Below, piece by piece: positions 18,284 to 31,100 of a stretch of 64,000 nt of DNA. Origin of the DNA: Phaeocystidibacter sp. (GTDB taxonomy: Bacteria > Bacteroidota > Bacteroidia > Flavobacteriales > Schleiferiaceae); the NCBI GenBank assembly GCA_965659725.1, contig CBFHXG010000009.1:1391-65390 (forward strand), written 5' to 3'. A program made the translations under genes and the position numbers. The notes beneath the pieces were generated by a model that saw only the letters and a program-made list of their open reading frames with translations, searched no databases and was not told the origin of the DNA. Each line of letters opens with the position of its first letter. Within the stretch, counting starts at the first letter, position 1.

Positions 18284-19073
18284 TCAGGAACCCACCAATG
18301 AATCCTAAGGTAGATATATCGGTGTATTTGTCACGCTGACTCTCCGGCACGACCTCTTCAATAACGACATAGATCATTGCGCCAGCGGCAAATGCCAAGG
18401 CATAAGGCAAGATGGGCTGAGCATAGAACACGGCAAGCGCTCCAACAACCCCGGCCGCAGGCTCAACAATGGCACTCAATTGTCCGTACCAAAAGCTCTT
18501 TCGGTTGGAGACACCCTGACGTTTCAAGGGCATGGATACGGCAACTCCTTCTGGGAAGTTTTGAAGGCCAATGCCAATGGCCAAGGCGACAGCAGCACCG
18601 ATCTCTGCCCCGGGAACACCCGAGGCCGCAGCGCCGAAAGCAACACCTACTGCCAATCCTTCAGGGATGTTGTGAAGGGTTATGGCCAATACGAGTAGGG
18701 TAGTTTTATGCCAATTGGTCTCTATCCCCTCACTCTCCTCTTTCTTGAAGTTGATATGGAGGTGAGGCACAAATTTATCAAGGCCAAATAAGAACATAGC
18801 ACCCACACCAAATCCAATGGCAGGTGCCAACCAAGGAAGATCCCCTTGTTTCTCACTCATTTCAATGGCGGGAGCCAGCAAGCTCCAGTAACTAGCAGCT
18901 ATCATAACACCGCCCGTGAAACCGAGCATTCCATCCAGCCACTTCCGTGAAGCCGTTTTAAAGAAAAAGACCGTTCCCGCACCTGCAGCAGTGAGCAACC
19001 ATGTGAAGGTCGTAGCGATCAATGCCTGCACCACTCCCGTTTGTTCCAAGAACCAATTCTGTAACTCTGTCAT
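18252..19073 (-). CDS. ZIP (ZupT/GufA) family divalent metal transporter
   Basis: AITLHNIPEGLAVG and GLQNFPEG motifs; ATGA overlap with the regulator. Confidence 0.93.
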   Translation of the reverse strand: MTELQNWFLEQTGVVQALIATTFTWLLTAAGAGTVFFFKTASRKWLDGMLGFTGGVMIAASYWSLLAPAIEMSEKQGDLPWLAPAIGFGVGAMFLFGLDKFVPHLHINFKKEESEGIETNWHKTTLLVLAITLHNIPEGLAVGVAFGAAASGVPGAEIGAAVALAIGIGLQNFPEGVAVSMPLKRQGVSNRKSFWYGQLSAIVEPAAGVVGALAVFYAQPILPYALAFAAGAMIYVVIEEVVPESQRDKYTDISTLGFIGGFLIMMVLDVALG

Positions 19074-19744
19074 ACGCTTGTTTTTTGACGCGTGACCAAT
19101 AATTGCGACACCACTCCACTTGGAAGCAGTTGATCCGTACCGCCAGACCTCTTGACCAACACACTTTGGTCGAATTCCATTCGCTCTATCACCTCCAAAT
19201 AAGAACCAAGCTCCAATTTCAGCTTGTTCAAGAACTGAAGGAAGCTTGCCGAGGAATCGCTTACGCCCGTTAAGATCACCTTGTCCCCCGGAGCGCACTG
19301 ATTCAAAGACACTCTTTCGTGCTGAGGAAATTCCCCGTGTTTGTTCGGAATAGGGTCGCCATGTGGGTCGAAGGACGGGTGACCCAAGAATGCATCCAGT
19401 CGGTCGGTCAACTCCGCAGACCGGATATGTTCTAGCTGCTCCGCCAGATCATGGACCTCATCCCAGTTGAACCCGAGTTTATCGACCAAAAAGGCCTCCC
19501 AAAGTCGATGCTTGCGAATTACACGAACAGCAACTTCATGCCCCTCATCGCTCAATTTCGCCCCCTGATACTTCACATAATCAACCAATCCCTTCTCGGA
19601 AAGTCGACGTATCATGTCCGTCACACTCGAAGCCTTGGTCTCCAATCGGTCGGCCAGCTTGTTCGTGCTAACTCCTTTGCCCGACTTCGGACTGAGGCTC
19701 CAAATGGCCTTCAGGTAATTCTCTTCTGTGTACGTTGTTTCCAT
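19070..19744 (-). CDS. DtxR/MntR family metal-dependent regulator with FeoA domain
   Basis: EENYLKAI, wHTH, HRLWE.FL, AEQLEH, DPHGDPIP. Confidence 0.93.
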   Translation of the reverse strand: METTYTEENYLKAIWSLSPKSGKGVSTNKLADRLETKASSVTDMIRRLSEKGLVDYVKYQGAKLSDEGHEVAVRVIRKHRLWEAFLVDKLGFNWDEVHDLAEQLEHIRSAELTDRLDAFLGHPSFDPHGDPIPNKHGEFPQHERVSLNQCAPGDKVILTGVSDSSASFLQFLNKLKLELGSYLEVIERMEFDQSVLVKRSGGTDQLLPSGVVSQLLVTRQKTSV

Positions 19745-19785
19745 TTTCGGAGAACAAAGATAAACTATTATAGTTATAGAAAGAT

Positions 19786-19807
19786 AATTTTAGGCTAATC
19801 TAAATTT
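19786..19807. promoter_or_regulatory. Candidate MntR/DtxR operator
   Basis: aattttag-gctaat-ctaaattt imperfect palindrome between divergent -7 elements (19755-19762 minus, 19815-19822 plus). Confidence 0.6.
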
Positions 19808-19826
19808 TAGTTGGTATTTTTGCGGC

Positions 19827-22175
19827 ATGATCGTTAAAACGCTGACATTCATTGGGCTTGTAATGAGCCTCTTTGGTTTTGCACAGCAGCCAACCCATGT
19901 AGCAGTGCAGCTCGAAGGACAGCCTCTCCCCTCCGCCTTTGTGCGCGCCTCGTCTTTCGATATTACTACTCTGACCAATATTAATGGCACGGCTCGTCTC
20001 GATCTTACGGAAGCGGATACACTCGTCATTTCTCATCTCGATATAGAATCTTCATTCGTTTATGCGAAGCCGGGAGACTCGCTTGTGATCGAGGGAAAAG
20101 CTTCCGGAAATGGTCTACTCAACCAGGTAGTCGTTACATCCACTCGAACGCATCTCGACCGAAGAGAATCGGCGGTGCCTGTACAAGTAATGAATAGAGA
20201 GCTACTTCAGGCAACACAGAGCATAAGCGTCGCCGAAGGGCTTTCCTTTAGACCCGGACTTCGCCTTGAATACAATTGTCAGAATTGTGGCTTTTCACAA
20301 GTGCGACTCAATGGGTTGAACGGTCCTTATTCACAGATACTCATTGATGGGCGGCCGATCTTCAGTGCCCTATCTGGAGTTTATGGCTTGGAGCAAATAC
20401 CTTCCTCCATGATCGAACGCGTGGAAGTGGTGCGCGGAGGCGGCTCAAGTATGTATGGGGGAAATGCCATAGCGGGAACGATCAACCTCATCACCAGAGA
20501 ACCCGTGATCGATGAGTGGGAGGTCAGCACTCAAACTACCCTCAATGGCATGGAGTCACCCGATATCTCCCTGCAAGGAAATGCCGCTTGGGTAGATGAA
20601 AACTCAGGACTACAAGTATGGGGGTCTGGGAGATCCCGAGAACCATTCAACGCAAACCCACAAGCTCTCTACGACAGAGATGGAGATGGTGTCGCCGAAA
20701 CGAAGGACGATTTCTCGGAGATCACCAAGCTACGATCGGCAGCTGTTGGGGCGAGATATTGGTACAGGCCATCAACCACGCAACGCCTGCAGATCGAGAC
20801 CCGAGGGTTGTATGAGTTTCGCCGGGGGGGCAACCGTTTCGAGGTTCCGGCAGATAGGGCAGATATCGCCGAAGAACTCATCCACCGGACCGCCGGAATC
20901 AACGGTCAGTATGAGTGGATGAGAGGAGATGGCCTTGAACGATTTACCGTTTACGGAGCAAGCACCTACACCAATCGATCAAGCTATTACGGGGCCGGAG
21001 GGAATAGTCCAGATTCTGCAACAAGAGCTCAAGCCCGACAATTCTATGGTCAAACGGAAGATGTCATCTCCAATGTTGGAGCGCTTTATGGCTGGGGTTG
21101 GAACGAGTTTCACAATGTTATGGTAGGTATCGATATCCAACACAACCAAGTGAGCGATGTCATGCCCGGTTACAGTCGGGATATCAATCAAACCGTTTTC
21201 ACACCAGCGGTTTATACCCAATGGCAATGGAAGCTCAATGAACACTGGACTACCTTAATGGGCGTGAGGTATGATCGACCAACCATCCAAAGCATTAACG
21301 CCTTTGCAGGAGAGCCGGCACTTCAATCTACTAACACGTATGAAGCGGTTAACCCCCGAATCAGCCTACTCTACAAACTGAATCATCAATGGCGATTCAG
21401 AGCAGGGTACGCCTCAGGCTTCCGCGCTCCCCAGGCATTCGACGAAGATCTTCACTTATCGATCCTAGGCGGCGATGCACGTATCGTTCAACTCTCCCCC
21501 AACCTAGAGGTAGAAACATCACATAGCTTCAATCTTGGAGCAGAAACGGATATACACGTAGGCAACTGGAAAGGAAGGATCTCATTGGACGGGTTCTATA
21601 CCCTTCTCCACAACCCATTTGTGGACATTCCATTCACTGGATATGTGGTCAACAATAACGACACTATCGCTATCCTCGACACCAAGGTAAACGACCCTTC
21701 CGGAGCATGGGTAAGCGGAGTAAATATTGAAACCGAATGGGTGAATGCGAATTGGGCATTCCAAGCTGGGTGGACATTCCAGCAGGCGCAGTATGGAGAG
21801 GCGAGGGAGTGGTATCCCAATGAATCGACGAACAGGATACTGCGAGCGCCGAACAGCTACGGCTATGCCATATTCGGTTACATTCCCAATGACAAGTGGC
21901 GATTCGATATCAGCGGAACCTTTACAGGCTCTATGATCACTCCTAACGAGAGAACACAGCGACTTGAAGCTACACCATTCTTCGCCGATGTAAACGCCTC
22001 TGTGCAGCGCACATGGCGAATTAAAAACACCCGCCTCACAATGGAGGCAGGTGTGTATAATTTGTTGGATCAATATCAAGAAGACATTGAAGTGGGCTGG
22101 GAGCGAGATGCGTCGTACTTCTATGGTCCGATACGTCCGTTTAGCGCTTACCTCAGCTTCACGATAGGCATGTGA
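19827..22175 (+). CDS. TonB-dependent receptor
   Basis: QVVVTSTR TonB-box region, plug IERVEVVRGG.S..YG..A..G.INL, C-terminal aromatic strand. Confidence 0.93.
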   Translation: MIVKTLTFIGLVMSLFGFAQQPTHVAVQLEGQPLPSAFVRASSFDITTLTNINGTARLDLTEADTLVISHLDIESSFVYAKPGDSLVIEGKASGNGLLNQVVVTSTRTHLDRRESAVPVQVMNRELLQATQSISVAEGLSFRPGLRLEYNCQNCGFSQVRLNGLNGPYSQILIDGRPIFSALSGVYGLEQIPSSMIERVEVVRGGGSSMYGGNAIAGTINLITREPVIDEWEVSTQTTLNGMESPDISLQGNAAWVDENSGLQVWGSGRSREPFNANPQALYDRDGDGVAETKDDFSEITKLRSAAVGARYWYRPSTTQRLQIETRGLYEFRRGGNRFEVPADRADIAEELIHRTAGINGQYEWMRGDGLERFTVYGASTYTNRSSYYGAGGNSPDSATRAQARQFYGQTEDVISNVGALYGWGWNEFHNVMVGIDIQHNQVSDVMPGYSRDINQTVFTPAVYTQWQWKLNEHWTTLMGVRYDRPTIQSINAFAGEPALQSTNTYEAVNPRISLLYKLNHQWRFRAGYASGFRAPQAFDEDLHLSILGGDARIVQLSPNLEVETSHSFNLGAETDIHVGNWKGRISLDGFYTLLHNPFVDIPFTGYVVNNNDTIAILDTKVNDPSGAWVSGVNIETEWVNANWAFQAGWTFQQAQYGEAREWYPNESTNRILRAPNSYGYAIFGYIPNDKWRFDISGTFTGSMITPNERTQRLEATPFFADVNASVQRTWRIKNTRLTMEAGVYNLLDQYQEDIEVGWERDASYFYGPIRPFSAYLSFTIGM

Positions 22176-22176
22176 T

Positions 22177-25100
22177 CTAGTGGATTACCGTTACCCAACC
22201 TCTCTTCTCGTATTCAGCCGAGGTGAACACCCAAACATAGGTGTCTTCCTTAACCTTCACTCCATCTCCACGGGTTCCATCCCAGAACTCGTTGAACGGA
22301 TCATGTGAGCTGAATACTAAGTTACCCCAACGATCGAAGATCTGGAATCTCGATGGCCCAATACATTCACTACCTACGATCTTGTACTTCTCATTGATCA
22401 TGTCTTCATTTGGCGTGAAGGCATTCGGAATGTGGAGATACTCTTGATCCTCATCTACACCCACATAAATGTAGAATGTACTGTCGCAACCCAACGCATC
22501 CGCGATGGTCAATTCGTGAGAACCTGGACGAATATCTTCCTTCGTTCCAGAGAACAGTTGTCCGTCAAAGTAGAATGAATACGGCGGAGTTCCACCCGAC
22601 ACATCGAGGTCTACATAACCGTCATTCGAAGTAGGACAAGTAGCAAAATCTACTGTAATTCCCGTTTCGATAGGCTCATTCTCAACAACCTCAACCGTGT
22701 CTTCGATTCTACATCCATTAGCATCTATCACCGTGTATGCATACTTACCTACACCCAGGTTGCCAATGTTCATTCCCGATTGACCGTGGCTCCACGTAAC
22801 CACGTATGGAGGAGTTCCACCAAATGGGTTGATATTCGCGCTTCCGCTATTGGCACCACCACAATTGATCCCGATAACATCTTCAACGGTTCCCAAGTCC
22901 TGATTAGGACCAGTGATGTCTACACTATCCGTCTTGTAACAACCCATGGCATCCGTAACAACTACGCCATATCTACCCACTGGTAGGCCTACTGCAGTAT
23001 CCCCTTGATGACCATTGGACCATACCACGTTGTACGGAGGAGTACCTCCAACAAGGTTGACGTGGGCAATACCATCGGCCTCGCCATAGCACATCACCGG
23101 TGTCAACATATTGGCTGCCGCCGATAGATCACGATTCGGTTCTGTAACGTTTCCACTCACCGTAACGGAACATCCGTTTGCATCGGTAATGGTAACCGTA
23201 TACTGACCAGCTAGCAAGTAGTTAAGTGTGTCGGTGGTAGCTCCGTTTGACCAAGACACTTGATACGGTGGAGTACCGCCCGTGTAATTGGTGTAGACAG
23301 ATCCGTTGGCATCTCCTTTACAGAATACATTCTGAATGATGTTCACGTTGGCTGTGATTGGAGAATTCGGTTCAGTAATAACCACCGTAGTGCTATCCGT
23401 ACATCCGTTGGCATCTGTAACAACGGCTGTATAGGACCCCGTGCTTACCTGACTCAATGTGTCATTGGTAGAGCCGTTCGACCAAGAGACATTGTAAGGT
23501 GCAGTACCTCCATTGATCTGGACATACGCCCATCCATCGTTACCACCGAAGCAAGATACATTCTGGATAAATCCATTGGCTGCATTCAGGGATCCCGAAG
23601 GTTGATTAATGGTTATCGAAATTGAATCGGTACATCCGTTCGCATCCGTAACCGTGGCTACATAGGTTCCCGCAGCAAGATTGCTAGCCGTAGTTCCCGC
23701 TTGTCCATTATTCCAGTTGATGGTGTACGGTGAAGTGCCTCCAGTGACTGAGATCGTAGCAAAACCATCTAGCCCGTTAAAACAGTTCACATGGCCTGTG
23801 GCAGTTGGTGTCACTGCAATTCCAGAAGCTGGTTGAGATACACTCACACTATGAGTTGTGTTACATCCACTGGCATCGGTTACCGTTACCGTATATGTTC
23901 CGGCCGTCACTCCCGCTAGATTAGCTGTAGTTGCACCATTTGACCAAGCATAGGTAAAAGGCGCTGTTCCGCCAGTAACATTAATCATCACTGCACCATC
24001 CGATCCGCCGAAGCAATTCACGTCTGTGATAGAGTTCGTGCTAACGGAGATACCGCTAGTTGGCTGGTTGATCGTTACGCTAGCCGTTGCCGTACACCCA
24101 TTGACATCGGTAATTGTTACCGAGTACGTACCCGCGCTAAGGTTACTGACAGTTGCGGTAGTGGCACCATTCGACCATGCATAGGTGTACGGAGACGTTC
24201 CGCCTCCCGGAGTAGCACTAGCCGATCCAGTAGCACCGCCAAAGCAATTCACATGACTTAGTACACCCGCCGAAGCACTCAGCGCATTCGACGGTCCATT
24301 GATGGTGATCGACCCAGATACCACACATCCGTTAGCATCCGTCACCGTCACTGTGTACGTTCCAGTAGCAAGTCCACTGATGTTGGCAGACGTTGCACCA
24401 TTCGACCAGTTGTAGGTATATGGAGCCGTTCCACCTGATACGTTCGCCGCACCTGCACCGGAATTAGAGCCAAAACATGAAACGTGATTAGAAACCACTG
24501 CATTCAATGTCAAGGCCGAAGCCGGCTGGGTGATTACAACAGACTGACTCGTGGTACATCCGTTGGCATCGGTTATTACAACCGTGTACGTACCTGCGGT
24601 GATGTTAGAGATCGTGTCTGTAGTTTGACCCGAGTTCCAAAGCACGCTATAAGGAGCCGTGCCGCCAGAGTAAGTAACATACGCCTCACCAGTCGCTCCG
24701 CCGAAGCATGTAACTTGACTTACAATAGTGGAGGTGCTCGTCAATGCACTACCAGGTTGATTTAGCGTCACATTTGCTGTAGACGTACATCCGTTGGCGT
24801 CTGTCACAGTTACGGTATACGTACCCGCAGCAACGTTAGAGATGGTTGCACCAGTTGCACCATTACTCCATGCATAGGTATATGGAGCCGTGCCGCCTGA
24901 ACCTCCGGCTGTTGCCGTGCCTGTAGAGGCTCCAAAACAATTGATATCCGTAGAGCTAAGGATCGCAACACTCAAAGCGCTAGCCGGCTGTGTGATCACC
25001 ACTGTGGCGGTATCCGAACAACCGTTAGCATCCGTGATGGTTACGGTATATGAACCTGCCGTCAATCCTGTTTGATTGGCACCAATGGCACCGTTGCTCC

Positions 25101-28100
25101 AAGCATACGTGTAAGGAGATGTTCCGCCACTTCCTGTTGCCGTTGCAGATCCTGTTGATCCACCGAAGCAAGCAACGTTAGCGTTCACCGTTGCTGATAC
25201 GTTCAAGGCTGAACTAGGTTCAGTGATCGTTACTGTTTCCGTTGTGGTACATCCGTTCGCATCCGCGATGGTCACAGTATAGGTGCCCGCGATCAAGTTG
25301 TTGATGGTATCCGTAGTGGCACCACTGCTCCAGCTAACACTGTAAGGTGCTGTTCCGCCTGTGTATGTGATATAGGCTAATCCATTATTTCCACCGAAGC
25401 AGCTCACATTCTGAATCACTGCACTCGTGCTGGTAAGTGCCGCTGATGGTTGAGTGATGTTCACACTCAATGTATCGGTACATCCATTCGCATCCGTTAC
25501 AGTAAGGCTATACGTTCCCGCCACCAAGTTGGTGAGGTTTGCCGTTGATGCGCCATTGCTCCATGCATATGTGTATGGTGCCGTCCCACCCGAAGTATTC
25601 ACTTGGATCGAACCGGTAGAGTTGCCGAAGCAATCTACATTCTGACTAGCGATCAGCGATACGCTCAAGGCAGATGCCGGTTGAGTGATGATCACGCTAT
25701 CCATATCAAAACAACCATTCGCATCGGTGATGGTCACAACATACTGACCGGCAGATAGTGCGTTGATAGTAGGTGTGTTTGCACCGTTGCTCCAAGCAAA
25801 CGTGTAAGGAGATGTTCCGCCTGTAGCTGTAGCTGTTGCCGATCCAGTAGGCACTCCAAAACAACTCACGTTTGAATTGATAGCTGCAGATGCATCCAAA
25901 GCACTCGCTGGTTGAGTGATAACCACTGAATCCGAAGCTGAACAACCATTGGCATCTGTGATAATAACAGAATAGGTGCCCGCTGGGATATTCACGATGG
26001 TATCAGACAACCCACCGTTGCTCCATGCAACTGAATAAGGAGGCGTTCCACCAGTGTAGGATACGTGAGCGTTGGCATCACTTCCACCGTAACAGCTCAC
26101 ATTATTGATCACGTTGGTGTTCAAGCTGATGGCAGTAGCGGGTTGGGTAATGGTTACGGTACTACTATCCGTACAACCATTCGCATCTGTAGCAACCACG
26201 GTGTAGACACCTGCCACTAATCCTGTTGCGGTCGCGGTAGTCTGCCCATCGCTCCATGCATACGTGTATGGTGCCGTACCTCCCGTTGTTGTTGCTGTTG
26301 CCGAGCCATTGCTTCCACCGAAACAACTCACATTCGAGTTCACGATGGCACTCACGTTCAATGCGGTTGCTGGTTGACCGATGTTCACTCCGGCGGTAAC
26401 CTGACATCCATTGCTATCGGTTACAGTAACCACATAGCTTCCGGCTGCAAGCGCACTCACCGTATCGCCGCTCATGCCATTACTCCAACTATAGGTATAT
26501 GGTCCGTCACCTCCAGAGGCAACCGCATACGCTACGCCATCGCTTCTGCCAAAGCAGTTCACGGCACTCAATTGAGCGACGGAAAGCGTAAGTGCAGTTG
26601 CTGGTTGAGTGATGGTAACAGAAATACTATCCTGACAACCATTGTCATCGGTAACGGTAACGGTATAACGTCCGGCAGCTAGACCAGAAGCTAGAGGCAC
26701 AGAAGGACCATGGTCCCAGTCGAAACTGTACGGAGGAGTACCTCCGATAGCAGAGGCTAGGATCGCTCCATCGGCACCTCCTAAACAGCTCACGTTATTG
26801 AGAACATTAATCTGAATGCTAATGGCAGAATCAGGTTGGGTCATGGTTACGTGAGCCGTATCCATACATCCATTTGCATCAACTACAGTAACGATATACA
26901 GTCCTGTATCCAGATTGAATGCCGTGTTACCTGTTTGACCATCGCTCCACGTATAGGTATACGGAGGTGTACCACCTGTGGCAGAAGCTGTCGCATATCC
27001 GTCAGATCCACCAAAACAGTTCACTGGGAAAAGAACGGACGCACTTGCATCTACTGCAGAGGCAGGTTCGCCAATGGTCACATAAGCGGTATCGGAACAA
27101 CCAAGGCTGTCTACCACCGCAACAGAATGCGTACCGGCAGATAAGTTAATGGCGGTAGCTGTTGTTTCACCGTTACTCCACAAATAGGTATATGGCGCAG
27201 TGCCACCTTGGGCAAACACATTAGCTGATCCGTCCGATCCACCGATACAGCTGACCTGACCCAGGAGTGTCATAGTAAGCATGATATCTTGAGGAGGCGA
27301 ACTAATAGTAACGTTAGCAGTAACATCACAACCGAGTGAATCGGTTACGGTAACTGAATAGATTCCAGGCGTAAGTCCAGTAGCTGTATCCGTAGTTTGA
27401 CCATCGCTCCATACATAGGTGAATGGTGGGATGCCGTTCGTTACGGTAACAGTGGCGGTACCATCGGCACCACCGAAACAGCTGGTAGTGGTCAATGCCA
27501 CACCAGAGGCGAAAATATCGCTGGCTGGCTGCGTGATCACGACTGAAACGAGATCTTGACAACCCAATGAATCCGTAACGAGTACAGCGTATGTTCCAGC
27601 GGTAAGACCTATTGCGGTATCGCCGGTTTGACCATCACTCCAAGAGTATGTATACGGAGGTGTACCACCCGTTGCATTCGCCCAAGCAGATCCGTCCGAT
27701 CCACCGAAGCAAGTAATAGTATTCACCACCACTCCACTCACAGAAACGGGAGCTGAAGGCTGTGTGATGCGCACACGAGCCGTATCGCTACAACCATTGG
27801 CGTCTGTTACGGTAACGGTGTACCACTGGGCGCTCAGACCCGTAGCTGTGGCTCCACTCGCACCGGTACTCCATAGATATGTATACGGTGCCGTTCCGCC
27901 TGAGGCGCTAGCTGTAGCTTGACCATCATTTCCACCGAAGCAAGATACACTTGCGATCATCGATGCAGATGCCGTGATGCGCGTGGCCGGTTGAGTAACT
28001 GTAACCGCAGCTGTATCTGTACATCCGTTCGCATCGGTTACAATAACGGTGTGTGTTCCGGCCCAGAATCCTGTAGCGGTACGTGTGGTTTGTCCATTGC

Positions 28101-31100
28101 TCCACAAGTACGTATAAGGCGAGGTACCACCCGATGCCGTGGCACGTGCGGTGGCCGTTGAATCTCCAAAGCACAGAACGTTTGTCAATACTGAAGCTCC
28201 ACCCGAAACTGCTGTGCTTGGCTCATCGATAACAATTTGAGCAGTAGCCGTACATCCATTCGAATCCGTAACGGTAACTGTGTGTGTTCCAGCAGTCAAT
28301 GCGATTGTCGTATCCGTTGTTTCACCATTGCTCCATGAGAAGGTATATGGGGGAGTACCACCAGACCCGCTTGCGACAGCGGAACCGTCAGACCCTCCTA
28401 AACAAGACACATCATTTACAAGAGCCGTGGCCGCGGCCACCGCAGTTGGTTGAGTAATAGTAACACTCTCCGTGATGCTACACCCCATGCTGTCTGTAAT
28501 GGTAACCGTGTATGTGCCGATTGCAATCCCCGTAATCGTGTCATTGGTAGATCCCGTGCTCCATAGGTACGTGTATCCACCCCATCCACCAGTCGCGGTA
28601 ACGTATGCCGTTCCATCGCTGGCACCAAAACATGAGATGGTCATGGCATCGATCGCCGATGCTGAAAGTGGTGCACTCGGACCAGGAATAGTGATGTTCG
28701 CGGCATCCGTACATCCTCTGGCATCCGTTACGGTCACCACGTAGGTTGATTGAGCTAGGCCAAAAGCAGAATCACCGGATTGACCATTGCTCCAAGCATA
28801 GGTATAGGGTGGCGTACCACCCGATCCAGCAACAGTAGCCCAGCCATCTGTACTTCCCACACAAGAAACACCCGTAATCTGAACTGCATTTACGTCTGTA
28901 GCAACCGCTGGCTCAGTGATCACAACAGAGGCTGTATCCTGACAACCCAATGAGTCGGTTACGATAACCGTATGTGCTCCAGCTGGTAAGCCTGTTGCAA
29001 TGGCCGAAGTTTGACCATTACTCCACGAGAAAGTATACGGCGGCGTTCCACCCATTGCACTGGCTGATGCCTCACCATCGGCACCGCCAACGCAAGAAAC
29101 AGAAGTGTCCATTTGAGCACTTGCCGCTACTGCAGTAGCTGGTTCTGTGATGGTAACGGTATCCATAACCTGACACCCGTTGCTGTCTGTCACAGTAACA
29201 TAGTGGTCGCCAGCAGCTAAGCCAGTAGCCGTTGCAGAGGTTTGTCCGTCGGTCCAAGCAAATGTGTAAGGAGGTGTGCCTCCAGATCCACTTACTGATG
29301 CCGAACCATCGGCACCGCCAAAGCAACTTACATTGTTTACTACCGAAGTTGAAGAGGTTACCGGGTCTGGTTCATCAATCGTGATCGAGCTAGTTGAAGA
29401 ACAACCAAGACTATCCACTACATAGACCAAATATTGACCTGCAGGAACTCCAGAAAGTGTGTCTCCCGTATGCCCTGTACTCCAAGAAATAATGTACGGA
29501 GGGTTTCCGCCTGAGGCAACACCGTATAGCACGCCGTCACTTGATCCATTACAAGGGATCTCGCCAATGATCGTTGCAGAAACCGCCAGGTCAACACTTG
29601 GTGGCGGAACGTCAAGGGTGTCAGTAGCCTGACATCCGTTGGAGTCTGTTACTGTCAACACGATCTGTCCACCACCTAATCCGGTTACCGTATCGTTAGC
29701 CGTTCCATTATTCCATGTGTAGGTGTAAGGAGCTGTTCCGCCCGAAGCAGTACCGTAAGCAGATCCATCCAAGAAGCCTCCACAAGTTGGAGCAGAGATC
29801 AAGGTGGCTGTGGCTGAAAGCGCTGAAGCAGGCTGCGTGATGGTTACATGGGCTGAATCTTGACAGCCATTTGCGTCGGTCATGATCACGTAATATCCAC
29901 CAGGCACAAGACCAGTAGCTATCTGTCCAGTTTGACCATCGCTCCACAAGTAGGTATAAGGAGTTACTCCACCTGAGCCGATCGCTTCTGCCGTACCGTC
30001 TGACCCTCCAAAACAGTTCACATCCGTTTTTGATATGATGGCCGCCAAAGGCATGGAAGGTTGAGTAATTGTAGCTGTATCGAACTCCGCACATCCGTTA
30101 GCATCCGTGATTTGAACCCAATAGGTTCCGGTGGCTAGTCCTGAGATGCTTTGAGTAGTTGCACCTGTATTCCATGCGTACGAATAAGGAGGAACTCCTC
30201 CAGTAGGCATTACAGAAGCCGTACCATCGTTCGCTCCAAAACAAGTGACGTTCGTAAAGTTGAGGTTCTCTACAAGTGGATCCGGTTCAGTAACCACAAC
30301 CGTGTTCGTATCGGTACAACCCATAGAGTCAGTTACCGTAACAATATAAGAACCAGCCGTAATGCCAGTTATAGTATCACCGGTCATGCCATTGCTCCAG
30401 CTGAAGGTGTAAGGAGGCGCCCCTCCAGTAGCTGATGCATATGCAATACCATCGCTACCGCCGGCACAGGTTATTGCATTTCCGTCTACAGCACCCACGA
30501 GTAACTCGAATGGGGCCTCGAAAATATTTACTGTGTCAATGTCGGTACAACCATTAGCATCGGTAACGATCAAGATGTAATCACCTCCTGCAAGACCATT
30601 GATATTTGCACCTGTCATGCCATTGCTCCAAGAGTACATGTAAGGCGGAGTACCTCCAGTTGCGGTTGCGGTAGCCGCACCATCTAAATCACCTCTACAA
30701 GTTACGCCCACTGTACTCGAAGTGCCGGCCTGAAGTGCAGCGGCAGGCTGAGTGATGGTAACGTTGATTGAATCTTCACAACCATTTGCGTCGGTGACCA
30801 CCACCGTATGTGTTCCAGCTGTTAAGTCGGTTACTACAGCGGTTGTTTGTCCGGAAGACCATAGATAGGTATAAGGAGAAAACCCTCCGCTTACCGTTAC
30901 AGTTGCTTCACCCGCTGCCTCTCCAAAGCAAAGAACGTTCGAATCCACATTTGCAGATACATTTAATGCGGTTGGCTCAGTAAGCGTGAACACGGCTGTA
31001 TCGATACATCCATTCGCATCAGTCACCGTTGCTGTATACGTTCCAGCAACTAGGTTCTGGATGGTATCCGTAGAAGCGCCATTCGACCAAGAAATGGTGT

